NCBI GenBank assembly: GCA_003660975.1 | Contig: QMVG01000001.1 | Coordinates: 1 to 64,000 of the forward strand | From: Candidatus Micrarchaeota archaeon | GTDB taxonomy: Archaea; B1Sed10-29; B47-G15 | DNA length: 64,000 bases | Direction of reading: 5' to 3' | Shown: positions 29,651 through 39,007 of the stretch, one piece after another | How the letters are laid out: each line of letters opens with the position of its first letter | Position numbering within the stretch: the stretch's first letter is position 1 | Position numbers and translations under genes: made by a program | Notes under the pieces: generated by a model | Seen by the model: only the letters and a program-made list of their open reading frames with translations | Told to the model about the DNA's origin: nothing | Database searches by the model: none

Positions 29651-30239
29651 GGTGCTGGTGCTGGTTATTGCAATGCTGTTTTTGTCTTATGCTGTAAGCG
29701 ATGAAGTGTTAAAGGAGTTGCTGACCGACTACGGCTGCCAAGAGGTAGAAAACGGCGTTATGTGCCCAGAGCTGGGCTATGTGGAGGGCATGGACTTCAA
29801 TATGCTTGAAAACATAAGCTGCATGGTGCTTGATTACGAAAACGCCACTCCTGACTGCGTGAGCAGTATAGAGTTAAGAGGCAATGTCATACAGGAATAT
29901 AAGGTATCCTACGACAACGGCAGCACTGAAAAGCTTTACAAAAGAGTGCCTGGTTACATGCTGAAGAATGTAATTGCAGTCATAAACCCCGAAAACATTG
30001 AGCTAAGCAAGTGCGAAAAGACAGGAGAGGACATATTTTACATTTACTACAGCTGCCCTTATGAGGGAAAGCAGATGTCTGGAGACCTTGCCTTTTTGTT
30101 CAATGAGTTCAACAACGAATCAATAGCAGTTGTGCTGAACATGCGCGAAAGGGGAGTTAGCTTAACTGTGGTGGCTTTCGCCATCGTACTGATAGTTGGC
30201 CTGGGAATCCTGGGTTATGTGCTCAAAAAAAGGCGTTAA
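29640..30239 (+). CDS. Secreted protein with C-terminal TM anchor
   Basis: Signal peptide, Cys pairs, C-terminal TM followed by KKRR. Confidence 0.72.
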   Translation: MKIKVLVLVIAMLFLSYAVSDEVLKELLTDYGCQEVENGVMCPELGYVEGMDFNMLENISCMVLDYENATPDCVSSIELRGNVIQEYKVSYDNGSTEKLYKRVPGYMLKNVIAVINPENIELSKCEKTGEDIFYIYYSCPYEGKQMSGDLAFLFNEFNNESIAVVLNMRERGVSLTVVAFAIVLIVGLGILGYVLKKRR

Positions 30240-30712
30240 TAGTATATCCTAAGCGAAATCCTCCAATCTCCTATGTGGCTGCTTCCAACATATGTGTTGG
30301 GATAACTCTTGCTTGGATAACCATTACTTACAACACAACCGTTGCTGTCCTTGTACATGCAAAAGATATTGCTGTCTTTCTCAAAGCAAAGGGAAAAATT
30401 GCCTGGGCTGTACTTGGTTAAATTTTTGTAGAGCTCTGGGTAATCTGTGCACAAAAAACTACTTAAGTCACTGATTTGTAATCTTGGGTTAGAAAGTTCT
30501 TTGTAAAGCTCGGGCCAGAAGTAGTCTTCTCCGCCCCCCTCGTAGTGCATTGCAACAAGTGCGCTGTTTATGAACTCGTATGCATATGCTGATGATGCCT
30601 GTCTCAGCGTGGATATGCCATACTGACCAGCACTGAATATTACGAGAATGCTCGCTATGCTGGCAACTATCACAAATAGCATTGCGTCCACTATGGCTGC
30701 CTGTGCCTTCAT
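30236..30712 (-). CDS. Minor pilin-like protein
   Basis: MKA/QAAIVDAMLFVIVAS class III signal; start re-chosen. Confidence 0.72.
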   Translation of the reverse strand: MKAQAAIVDAMLFVIVASIASILVIFSAGQYGISTLRQASSAYAYEFINSALVAMHYEGGGEDYFWPELYKELSNPRLQISDLSSFLCTDYPELYKNLTKYSPGNFSLCFEKDSNIFCMYKDSNGCVVSNGYPSKSYPNTYVGSSHIGDWRISLRIYY

Positions 30713-31116
30713 CCTGCACTCCTCCACACGCAAACGACAATGGCATCAAATATATAGCCGGTGTTTGATTGCCTTGCTATGATGTACTTATATCGCAGAG
30801 CGTTGATCTGGCAAACATTTTGGTTTCCGTCTGAATCAAAGTAAATGGCGTATTCAACATTATGGCTTTCAGCTATCATATCTGCCTTCTGCATCAAGGG
30901 ACTGTTAGGATTAAGGTCTTCATCTGAAAGCACGCCTTCAGAGGTAAATACTTTGGCTATCAAAAGAGAGGCCTCGTTCAGCTCCATTGCCTCTCTCTTC
31001 TCCCCAACAAGGCCATAGGCAAAAACTATTCCAGAGAAGAACATAAATAGCGCGAAAAGCACTATTATGAGCGTTGGAAGGTCGTCTCCTATTGGTCCTA
31101 TGAAAGCTTTTCTCAT
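30709..31116 (-). CDS. Minor pilin-like protein
   Basis: MRKA/FIGPIGDDLPTLIIVLFALFMF. Confidence 0.7.
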   Translation of the reverse strand: MRKAFIGPIGDDLPTLIIVLFALFMFFSGIVFAYGLVGEKREAMELNEASLLIAKVFTSEGVLSDEDLNPNSPLMQKADMIAESHNVEYAIYFDSDGNQNVCQINALRYKYIIARQSNTGYIFDAIVVCVWRSAG

Positions 31117-31661
31117 CCACACACCACCGAGCAAGCTGTCATTTGGCAGCCCTCTATCTCGATTTTTTTATCTGCATTGTCCACCGTTATCTTTATGTAG
31201 CTGTTTTCTGTTGAATTCAGGATAATCTCTTCCCCATAGTTGCAGCTTTCAAGAGAGTAACCTGAAGGTATCAGGGCATAGGCAGAGGAAATGTAGGTCT
31301 CTGGCTTATGCTCTCCTTCTCTCGGATAGGAAAGCATGGCTATTGCTGCGTAGAGTCTTTTATATGTTCCTGCACCTTCAAGACCTATGACAAGCGTATA
31401 TGGCTCTCCTTTCTCAAGGTTCAGGCGGTAGGACTTCTCAGGAATCCTTCTTGGAAGGGGAAAGTTAAGGGTTGCTTCTTCTAGGTTTGACGATAGAGTA
31501 TTGCTTATGGTGTTCACAAGGTCTGATGCTAGGGCTTCAGCTGCCTGGTTCCTGCTCTGCTCTTGGCCTATGCTCATAAAGGAGAAGACAACCCCGAATG
31601 TAACGAAAAGGAATATCAGCATTACCACTTTTGACATTATCCACATTCCAAGACCCTTCAC
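31113..31661 (-). CDS. Minor pilin-like protein
   Basis: GTG start immediately after the upstream stop gives MKG/LGMWIMSKVVMLIFLF. Confidence 0.68.
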   Translation of the reverse strand: MKGLGMWIMSKVVMLIFLFVTFGVVFSFMSIGQEQSRNQAAEALASDLVNTISNTLSSNLEEATLNFPLPRRIPEKSYRLNLEKGEPYTLVIGLEGAGTYKRLYAAIAMLSYPREGEHKPETYISSAYALIPSGYSLESCNYGEEIILNSTENSYIKITVDNADKKIEIEGCQMTACSVVCG

Positions 31662-31662
31662 G

Positions 31663-32250
31663 CTATCCACCTGCGTAAATTTCCATTTCGTCCCCACTCT
31701 TCTTGCTTATGGTTAAGGTGTACCTAGTTGGCTTGAACCTGCAATTAATGTAAACATTGTTGCTCCATTCTCCTTGGTTTTCGAAATCAAGGTCAGAGAA
31801 TTTACATTCAGCAATATTGCTACTACTAATGCCTGTTGGGAAGAATTCTATGCTTACAGAACTTGGAACGTCAACTGCCTCTATCAATGGGCTTCCTGTC
31901 TCGCCTGCTATGCTGAGCACAAGCAGATAACAGCTCTCCCTGCCAAGTGCGGCCTTACATGTTTCCTCTGAGCCTCCTATCATTCTTATGCCTTCAAAGG
32001 AGGGGTCTGCGCAGCCAACAGGGGAAAAGTCAACGACAACTGTCCTGTTGCTGCCCACAGAGCCGTGGTAAACAGACTCTATTTCCCTTGCCAGGTATGA
32101 CATGGATGCCTGCATCTTCTCGTAGAACTGCGCTGAGCAGGAGTTTTGGTATGTGTAGAAAGCAATTATGAGAACAAAGGAGAGTATGGCCACTCCTATG
32201 AGCAACTCTATCGGGGCCTCTTCTTGCCCTCTTCCTGAAAGCACCGGCAT
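31663..32250 (-). CDS. Minor pilin-like protein
   Basis: MPVLSGRG/QEEAPIELLIGVAILSFVL; start re-chosen at ATG 32250. Confidence 0.72.
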   Translation of the reverse strand: MPVLSGRGQEEAPIELLIGVAILSFVLIIAFYTYQNSCSAQFYEKMQASMSYLAREIESVYHGSVGSNRTVVVDFSPVGCADPSFEGIRMIGGSEETCKAALGRESCYLLVLSIAGETGSPLIEAVDVPSSVSIEFFPTGISSSNIAECKFSDLDFENQGEWSNNVYINCRFKPTRYTLTISKKSGDEMEIYAGG

Positions 32251-32296
32251 AATTAGGTAAAAGCATGGCAGGTATAAAAAACATAAAGAGGAGATT

Positions 32297-32437
32297 TCAG
32301 AAAAGCAGAAAACCAAGCTGCTGGGCGTAAGTGGCAGCGCTCTGGAACATTGGCTTTGCAATCGTGTATATCAATATAGCTGCTATCACCAGCACAATGG
32401 CAAGGTATATTGGAGTCCAGCTAACAGCTCTTTTCAT
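32297..32437 (-). CDS. 46-aa mini-pilin (not in the ORF track)
   Basis: Manual translation MKRA/VSWTPIYLAIVLVIAAILIYTIAKPMFQSAATYAQQLGFLLF*. GAGGG RBS upstream; fills the gap in the pilin operon. Confidence 0.72.
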   Translation of the reverse strand: MKRAVSWTPIYLAIVLVIAAILIYTIAKPMFQSAATYAQQLGFLLF

Positions 32438-32449
32438 AGCTATCCCTCA

Positions 32450-32890
32450 CTAGCAACTGTCAAAGTCTGCATCTCCGATGCCTATATAGCAAGTGGTTCC
32501 TGATGTGTCTGTTGTACACTTTGCTTTTACCTTTGCCCTGAAGTCTTTTTCAACTCCTAATTCGTCCTTATCAGTACCAATGGATACTGCTTCATTACTT
32601 GTTAGGGTAGTCTCGGCGCAGAACTTTAAAGTCACTCCGCTGCCTCCAACTGCGTCTGTAAAGGTGTCTGTCGTGTAAACCGTTCCAGCAACGAAGGAGG
32701 CCTCTCCGCTGCTGACAAAGGTGGAGCCCTTGTACTGGTATGCCTTGGAAAGCTGCTGCCTAATTGCAGACGCAGGGTCTGCTCCTGGCGTTGAGATGTT
32801 TCCCAAGATGCCGAGCAGTATGCCAAGAATTGCAACTGCCACCACTGCTGCTATCATCAGCTTGAAGGTGTCAAAGGCCTGTCCTCTCAT
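32450..32890 (-). CDS. Probable major pilin of module 3
   Basis: MRG/QAFDTFKLMIAAVVAVAILGILLGIL, small Gly/Thr/Ser-rich head with Cys pairs, and its own TATA box plus a GAGGTGA RBS. Confidence 0.78.
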   Translation of the reverse strand: MRGQAFDTFKLMIAAVVAVAILGILLGILGNISTPGADPASAIRQQLSKAYQYKGSTFVSSGEASFVAGTVYTTDTFTDAVGGSGVTLKFCAETTLTSNEAVSIGTDKDELGVEKDFRAKVKAKCTTDTSGTTCYIGIGDADFDSC

Positions 32891-32898
32891 CAAAACAA

Positions 32899-32934
32899 TC
32901 ACCTCAGGAAGATTAAGTCATCAAAGTATTTAAA
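32899..32934 (-). promoter_or_regulatory. Internal promoter and strong RBS for the major pilin
   Basis: - strand TTTAAATA (32934-32927) and GAGGTGA (32905-32899), 8 nt before ATG 32890. Confidence 0.55.
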
Positions 32935-32937
32935 AGT

Positions 32938-33321
32938 TTATTGGCAGTTCTTGCTTCCTATGTAAAGCATTGTTTGCCCGCTGCTGGTCTTAGCGCTGAC
33001 CGGCAGCTCTATGTTTTCATCAACCTCGCAAAGACCTGAACTGCAAGAAAAGGCAGATCCGAACTGTTGTCCCACACTGACGCCGTCGACCCCGATGCTT
33101 GAAAATGAAAAGCCCTCTCCCTTAACAAATGAAACCCTGTCCCTGGCAAAGCAGAGGCCAGGCGCCTTTTTTGACTGCTCTGACAGCTCCTTCAGGATTT
33201 GGGCAGAGCTGAGAGGAGATGCAGGTGACTGAGAAGCGAAGTAAACGAGCAAGAGCAGGAAAACCGCAAAGACAGAAGCTATGAGAAGCTTGAAAACCGT
33301 AAAAGCCTGCGCCTTTCTCAT
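32938..33321 (-). CDS. Pilin paralog
   Basis: MRKA/QAFTVFKLLIASVFAV; similar to the 32450-32890 pilin (VSFVKG vs ASFVAG, LYIG vs CYIG). Confidence 0.75.
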   Translation of the reverse strand: MRKAQAFTVFKLLIASVFAVFLLLLVYFASQSPASPLSSAQILKELSEQSKKAPGLCFARDRVSFVKGEGFSFSSIGVDGVSVGQQFGSAFSCSSGLCEVDENIELPVSAKTSSGQTMLYIGSKNCQ

Positions 33322-33325
33322 AAAA

Positions 33326-35347
33326 TCACGCCGCCATTGTGGATGCAAACCAAGCTGCAAAGAAGAAAAGTGTCATGGCAATCGGGACTGTTTTAGCTAT
33401 GCTCATCTTTAAGGCAAGAGGGTTGTCGCCCTCGTTTATCTTTGTGATGAAGTAGAGCAAGAGGACAGTTATCTCCAGCACGTAAATTGTTATTATTATA
33501 AGAAACGTCATCGCGTCAGGCATTGAGGCCAGCGCTTGTGGGTTTATGAAGCCAACTGGAATGCCTGCGCTTGGCCCTGCTCCTATAAACTCACTGCCTC
33601 CCAGGGAAAGCAAGGCCCCTACAATCACTTTCTGGAGAGCAGAGGTTATTCCCAGCACAAGGGGAGCTATCAAATACGCTATGCTTCTCATCATAGCAGT
33701 TATCTCCTCTAGGACCGCTCTCACCTTCTCCTTGACCTTCTTTGCATCTCTCAGCTGTATTGAGAGTGAAAGCAGAACCCTTGCCCCCTGCTGCACCCCC
33801 AGAGAAAGGGAATCTATCACAACCCTTACTGTGTTCTTTATTATCTTGCTCGGAACATGTCTCAAAGAACCATAGGCAGGGTCAAAGAAGGCTGCCTCTA
33901 TTGTCATGCCTAAATTCTTTATGTTCTCTGCCGTTATCCTGTATGTCCTGGACAGCGGGCTGTCAGTGAGGAAGTTGGCAGTGTACTCAACAGCCTCCTC
34001 TATGGGCCTGTTCTCTCCCAAGCGCGATGCCAAGATGTATATGGAATCCTGAAAGTCAGCCTCCATCCTCATAATCTTGTCTTGCAGTTTCTTCTTAGGA
34101 TAAGTGCTGCCGTATAAGTAAACAGAAACAAAAATCACAGCAGACATCACATAACCTGCCATAGTAAAGAAAGGAATGTAAGAGGCAATAGCTTCCTTGT
34201 CCCAAGGCCTTGTTATTGCTGGGTTCGGATTCAGGAATGGCTCAAACACGTAAATGAAGAGATACGCGGTTGCAAGCATTGCAAAGACTGCAAGCAGAAT
34301 GACAGGGATGTTCGTGTTTCCTATTTTTATGTGCGCCTTCTTTGGCAATTCAGGATGGTCATCTGGAATGTGGGGGGCCTCGTAAACAGGGGGCCTCCTT
34401 GAAAGTATTTGCCTCGCGAAAACAAAAGCCCCAAGAGGCACCAGGATGTTATAGATAAGCACTAGAACCCAGAGCTGCGCAAAAGGCAGATTCGCCATAA
34501 TGCTTCCAATGGGGAGCATGATTATAAGCATAAGGGGAAGCAAAACCCCGACATAATAGAGATATATGCTTGGCTGTCTCATTTTCATAGCATACTTGTC
34601 CATATCGTCCTTTATACCCTCCAAAACATCATATATTGCCTTGTCCAATATCGCGTGCCTCTTGGCCTCATCAACCTCTATGACACTTGACCTTATCAGC
34701 ATGAGAGCATGCTTGAACTCATCAGAGTACTGCCCCCATTTGTATGCCAGCTTGTCCAATGCCTCCTCTGCAGAAGAGTATATGCCCATTTTGAGGTTCC
34801 ATGAAAGCTCCTTCAGCTCGCTTGCTATCTTTCCCCTGCCATGCTCAGAGGCAAAGTCTATTGCCCTTTCCAAGTTTGGAGAAAGCTTCATGCTTATAAC
34901 CATGTAATTTACTATTTCTGGAACCTCCAGAACAGACCTCATCTTGATAGAATCCGCGTGGAAGATTGGATACCTCTGCACGTAATAGGTAAGAGCTATG
35001 GGGCCCAAAAGCAGCATTGGCAGGACATACATCAAGGCATAATAAGGCAGACCTGAAAAGAAGATTAAGAGCAAGGCGATGAATACGCATGGAATGAATG
35101 AAGCTGCAAAGAAAAGGGTTGTTGTATTGCTCACCTGCTCAGCAGATAGGTCCCAGCCAAGAAAATCAATTGCCTGCTTCAGCTTCAAATCCTTGAAAGG
35201 CATAGGGCTTTCTGCTTTTCCCAGCTTACGCGCAATCCTGTAATACCAATTGTCTTCCTCAAAAACAGGCTTCTTTTCCTCTGCTATCAGCGAGCTGTAA
35301 GCTTCTGCATAAGCCTTTGGAACCCTGTCTTCACTTCTTCGCGCCAC
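33326..35347 (-). CDS. Double-domain (fused) TadC-like platform protein, module 3
   Basis: Two T2SSF-like halves (MKLSPNLERAI...; LASRLGENRPIEEAV...), multiple TM helices, adjacent to the ATPase. Confidence 0.8.
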   Translation of the reverse strand: MARRSEDRVPKAYAEAYSSLIAEEKKPVFEEDNWYYRIARKLGKAESPMPFKDLKLKQAIDFLGWDLSAEQVSNTTTLFFAASFIPCVFIALLLIFFSGLPYYALMYVLPMLLLGPIALTYYVQRYPIFHADSIKMRSVLEVPEIVNYMVISMKLSPNLERAIDFASEHGRGKIASELKELSWNLKMGIYSSAEEALDKLAYKWGQYSDEFKHALMLIRSSVIEVDEAKRHAILDKAIYDVLEGIKDDMDKYAMKMRQPSIYLYYVGVLLPLMLIIMLPIGSIMANLPFAQLWVLVLIYNILVPLGAFVFARQILSRRPPVYEAPHIPDDHPELPKKAHIKIGNTNIPVILLAVFAMLATAYLFIYVFEPFLNPNPAITRPWDKEAIASYIPFFTMAGYVMSAVIFVSVYLYGSTYPKKKLQDKIMRMEADFQDSIYILASRLGENRPIEEAVEYTANFLTDSPLSRTYRITAENIKNLGMTIEAAFFDPAYGSLRHVPSKIIKNTVRVVIDSLSLGVQQGARVLLSLSIQLRDAKKVKEKVRAVLEEITAMMRSIAYLIAPLVLGITSALQKVIVGALLSLGGSEFIGAGPSAGIPVGFINPQALASMPDAMTFLIIITIYVLEITVLLLYFITKINEGDNPLALKMSIAKTVPIAMTLFFFAAWFASTMAA

Positions 35348-37610
35348 CTTTCCCCCCTCTTGAAATGAGTGGTTTTACGTGTGCTTCAAGGAGCCATTTC
35401 TTCCATTCTGCTTCTGCCTCCTTGTAGTTCACAGAGCCATGCTCTTCCCTCTGCCTCTCCAGAATCAGAAGCCACTTATCATTTGCAGGAACAGTATGAG
35501 AGGCCTCCAAGAGCTCAGGTATCTTGTACTTCCTCTTCATATCTACCATGTACTGCTTAACGCTTGCCCTTGCGTAAATATCATCCCAGAGCTCCTTAAT
35601 TTTCAGACCCCTGCTCTTTGCAATCCTCGGAAACAGCTCAGAGCGCTTTACTTCCTTTTCGTTTACGTACTGGTTGTCCTTTGATGTGTCAAACTCCACA
35701 AGCTTTATCAGGCCACCCTCTTTTTCAGGTTCTTCATACCAATGCTTTCCCACCTCTGTTATCTCTATAAGCCTTCTCTCCCTTCTTATCGAGCCCTTGA
35801 ATCTTATGGGAGCGCAGGTAACTATAACATCAGTGGCCTTAAACGATGTATTAGGAACTTCAAGGTCATTGACAATCCTGTCCCAAACACTGTATGCGTT
35901 TTCTCCGTGTATCGTTCCCATAACGACATTGCCAACAGCCCCTATTCTCATGGCTTCGTAAAGAACTTGTGCTTCTTTGCTCCTAACCTCTCCTATTATC
36001 AGCACAGAATCTCCTAACCTCAGGGCAGTTCTCAATGCCTCCTCTGGTGGCACCTCTGCACTGGTCCTGGAAACAGCAATGGCTGACTGGGTTTTCAGAC
36101 GCTGTATGTTATAACCTATGTTTCTCATAAACTGGACTGGTATCTCCAAGGTGTCCTCTTGAACGATGATCCTTAGGCTTGGAAGAATTTCGAGCATCAG
36201 AGCCATGAGCATGGATGTTTTGCCTGAACCTCTAGCACCGTTGACAAGTGTCGAGGCCTGGGCATCCACGAAAAAGGACAGCATGCCTGCTGTGAGTGAG
36301 TTTAACATCTTGACATCTATGAACTGTGGTAATGTCCATGGTGTTTCCTTATGCAATCTCAAAGCAAACGCAACGCCATCAGGAGACAGAGGAGGACCTA
36401 TCACAGCAACCCTTGTTTTCAAGTCGTGCATGTCCATGTCAAAAACAGGGTGCGCTTCATCAAAAGGTCTTCCTGACTGGGCCCTCAGTCTTGATATAAT
36501 GCCTTTTGCTTCCCTCTCAGTGAAAAGCACATTTGTCTGGCAGCTGCCGTAATCGCTGTGCACCACGTAAACAGGCTTTGAGCCAAGAGGCGCATCCATA
36601 TAAATATCTGTCAGCTTCCTGTCGCTGAGCAGTAATTCCATCATGCCATATCCAACAGTATACCTGGCAACTATGCCTGCTAACCTTCTGACCTGCTCCC
36701 CTGATAAGCTTATGTCGTTCCTCTGGGCAAGGTCTGCAATTGTTGCCTCATAAACCTTTTTGAAGTATTCCCTTATCTCTGATGCTTCCATAAACTGTAT
36801 GCCTTCTGGATGGTAGTTTGAAACAATTTCCCTTGTCCTCGTGAGGAGCATATATTCTTCTGGGCTTAGGTTGTACTCTGGTGGCGAGATATAGTATAGA
36901 TATTGAATCTTCTCAGGGTGCTTATAGATGTTTACGTTTGCGTCAAGCACCTCATATTGGTCCACCAGCTCAACGCCAACAGGCGTCTTGAAAAAAACCC
37001 TTGAAGAAACAAAGGCAGGTTTTATTTCAACCTGAAACAGCGTTCTGTATATTGACCTGTCCTTTGGGATCTGCTTTACTCTGCTTATAATCAGCTTTGC
37101 CTTCTTTATCAGCTCTGTTTTCTCAAAAGCATTGCGCATGAAGTTAAGCACTTTAAGGTAGGGTTCAGCGCATTTTTTGTAGGCCTTTCCCTCTGACGAA
37201 AGCCTTTCCTCTTCCTGTTTTATGGCAGATATTGTTTTCAGGTACGCAGCTATAGGGTCTGAAAAAATTAAGTCAGTAGATATAGACATTATAAGGTTAT
37301 GGCGCGCAGCATAAAGGCCTTCGCACTCTGGATATGGAGCTATCTTCTCGTGCGACCAGACGCTTTCCCTGTGGAAAAGGGAGGCCAAGTCCGCAATCTC
37401 TTTTAGCATCTTGGTTTGCTCTTCGTTGTAAACCCTCTCATATACCTCTGCCAAGACAACGAGGTCTGCGTTTGTCTTTCCCAAAAGCTCTATTACCTCT
37501 CTCATGCACTGCTGGGAATCAGCCACTGATGCTGCAAAGGAAGCGCCCCTATAGTCTATTATTAAATATCTCTTTCCTCCTTCACTTTTAATGATGTATT
37601 TATGGGTCAA
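35331..37610 (-). CDS. Type II/IV secretion ATPase with long N-terminal extension, module 3
   Basis: GRPFDEAHP, GPPLSPDG..FALR, Walker A GARGSGKTS, LRLGDSVLIIGEVRS, GTIHG. TTG start with a GGTGA RBS. Confidence 0.92.
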   Translation of the reverse strand: MTHKYIIKSEGGKRYLIIDYRGASFAASVADSQQCMREVIELLGKTNADLVVLAEVYERVYNEEQTKMLKEIADLASLFHRESVWSHEKIAPYPECEGLYAARHNLIMSISTDLIFSDPIAAYLKTISAIKQEEERLSSEGKAYKKCAEPYLKVLNFMRNAFEKTELIKKAKLIISRVKQIPKDRSIYRTLFQVEIKPAFVSSRVFFKTPVGVELVDQYEVLDANVNIYKHPEKIQYLYYISPPEYNLSPEEYMLLTRTREIVSNYHPEGIQFMEASEIREYFKKVYEATIADLAQRNDISLSGEQVRRLAGIVARYTVGYGMMELLLSDRKLTDIYMDAPLGSKPVYVVHSDYGSCQTNVLFTEREAKGIISRLRAQSGRPFDEAHPVFDMDMHDLKTRVAVIGPPLSPDGVAFALRLHKETPWTLPQFIDVKMLNSLTAGMLSFFVDAQASTLVNGARGSGKTSMLMALMLEILPSLRIIVQEDTLEIPVQFMRNIGYNIQRLKTQSAIAVSRTSAEVPPEEALRTALRLGDSVLIIGEVRSKEAQVLYEAMRIGAVGNVVMGTIHGENAYSVWDRIVNDLEVPNTSFKATDVIVTCAPIRFKGSIRRERRLIEITEVGKHWYEEPEKEGGLIKLVEFDTSKDNQYVNEKEVKRSELFPRIAKSRGLKIKELWDDIYARASVKQYMVDMKRKYKIPELLEASHTVPANDKWLLILERQREEHGSVNYKEAEAEWKKWLLEAHVKPLISRGGKGGAKK

Positions 37611-38174
37611 ATGAATTCACCTTTGAGAACTCTCCTCTCTAAAAGAGAGTTGTGGAGGGGTTTCACCTTCTTAATAAGTATCGGAGCTTTTTATATCTTT
37701 TTCTACATCTGCCTCCAGCCGCTAATTTATTACATAGAGAGCATAAGTACTGTGCTTACATCTTTTTTTCTCTCTGTCCTGGGGGTTGAGCACTCACTAG
37801 GCTTTGCTGCAGAGCCAGTGATAAGGGTAGGCAGCGTGGATGCGGTTATAGGCAGGTTATGCGCTGGGGACATTGAGATAGCAATGGTGCTGGCGGTAAT
37901 TTTTGCTACATTTGACAGGAAGCTAGGAGATAGGATAAAGGCAGCGCTTGTGGCTCTTCCTTTTATATTAATTGCTAATGCGATAAGGATATCAACGGTG
38001 CTGTGGGTTGGAAGCTCAATGGGCTGGGCAAGTGCTGACTTCGTTCACGACGTGCTTTTCAGGATAACATTGCTTGTGGTTGTTCTGTTATACTATGCTT
38101 TCTGGTATCTTGGATACATGGGCAGGTGCGCGGCTAAAATATTAAATAAAATAAATACCTTAGCAAAGCGATGA
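37611..38174 (+). CDS. Exosortase/archaeosortase family protein
   Basis: Polytopic membrane protein with catalytic-type Cys (LCAG), Arg (ANAIRI) and His (FVHD..FR). Start uncertain (37602, 37611 or later). Confidence 0.85.
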   Translation: MNSPLRTLLSKRELWRGFTFLISIGAFYIFFYICLQPLIYYIESISTVLTSFFLSVLGVEHSLGFAAEPVIRVGSVDAVIGRLCAGDIEIAMVLAVIFATFDRKLGDRIKAALVALPFILIANAIRISTVLWVGSSMGWASADFVHDVLFRITLLVVVLLYYAFWYLGYMGRCAAKILNKINTLAKR

Positions 38175-38944
38175 AAGGTTTTTCTCTTTTTACTCCACTT
38201 GTTGGAAGTATGATGATGATAACCGCTATAATAATTTCCATGACGATGATACAGAGCGATGCCCACAGCGCCAAGAGCTTTAACAGGGTAATGATAATGG
38301 ACGAGGCCAGAATGCAGGCCAGAATCATCCAGGCAGGCGTTAGCTCTTCGCTCCTGATAAACATTGAGAAAGCGATAAATAAGGTTGTAGAGGACGTTAT
38401 AAATAGAGGGGCTGTTTCGTGCAATAGTAACCGATGTGAGCATGCAATCAAAGGCCTTATTAAAAGCAAATTGGAGGAGAAAGATAAAGAGATTTTCTAC
38501 GCGTCCGCGCATGGTGATTATGAGAATGTTTGGATGGATATAGCAGGTATGATCAGCAACGATTACCTATCTGGTATGGGGTGTAGTGGTCAAGACAGGT
38601 TAGAAAAGTATATGAATTGTCTGTCTAACGCTTTGTCAAACCAACAACAAAGCAGTAGCTTAATAGAAGCTAACTGGAGAGGTGAAACGTTGACAGTAAG
38701 AATAAATCCCCCGCAGCCGGGAACTGAGTTGGCCGAATTGTTTAATATAAAGGCAAATGTTGGGGATTCATCAACTCCCTCAACAATCACCGTAAACGTG
38801 CTGCCAAGAGCCATCTCATATGAAAGAGATATGGAAATAAGTTGTACTCCCTGCGATTCTGGCCAAGCCGCCTGCAGTGTAGATGGTCAGCAGATTACAG
38901 TAAGCTGTGTGTCTTCAACTGGTGGGGGATTCAATAGGATATGA
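38171..38944 (+). CDS. Pilin-like protein
   Basis: MKG/FSLFTPLVGSMMMITAII class III signal; Cys-containing C-terminal domain. Confidence 0.68.
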   Translation: MKGFSLFTPLVGSMMMITAIIISMTMIQSDAHSAKSFNRVMIMDEARMQARIIQAGVSSSLLINIEKAINKVVEDVINRGAVSCNSNRCEHAIKGLIKSKLEEKDKEIFYASAHGDYENVWMDIAGMISNDYLSGMGCSGQDRLEKYMNCLSNALSNQQQSSSLIEANWRGETLTVRINPPQPGTELAELFNIKANVGDSSTPSTITVNVLPRAISYERDMEISCTPCDSGQAACSVDGQQITVSCVSSTGGGFNRI

Positions 38945-39007
38945 AGATGAAGTATTATATTTAAAGAAATATTAAATTAAAAAGAAAGGAAATTGCAAGG
39001 TGATTAG

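Noticed and set aside
31663-32361. Long N-terminal extension of the ORF as given in the track (MQSQCSR...)
   Set aside because: It overlaps the 46-aa mini-pilin, and the class III signal begins at ATG 32250.
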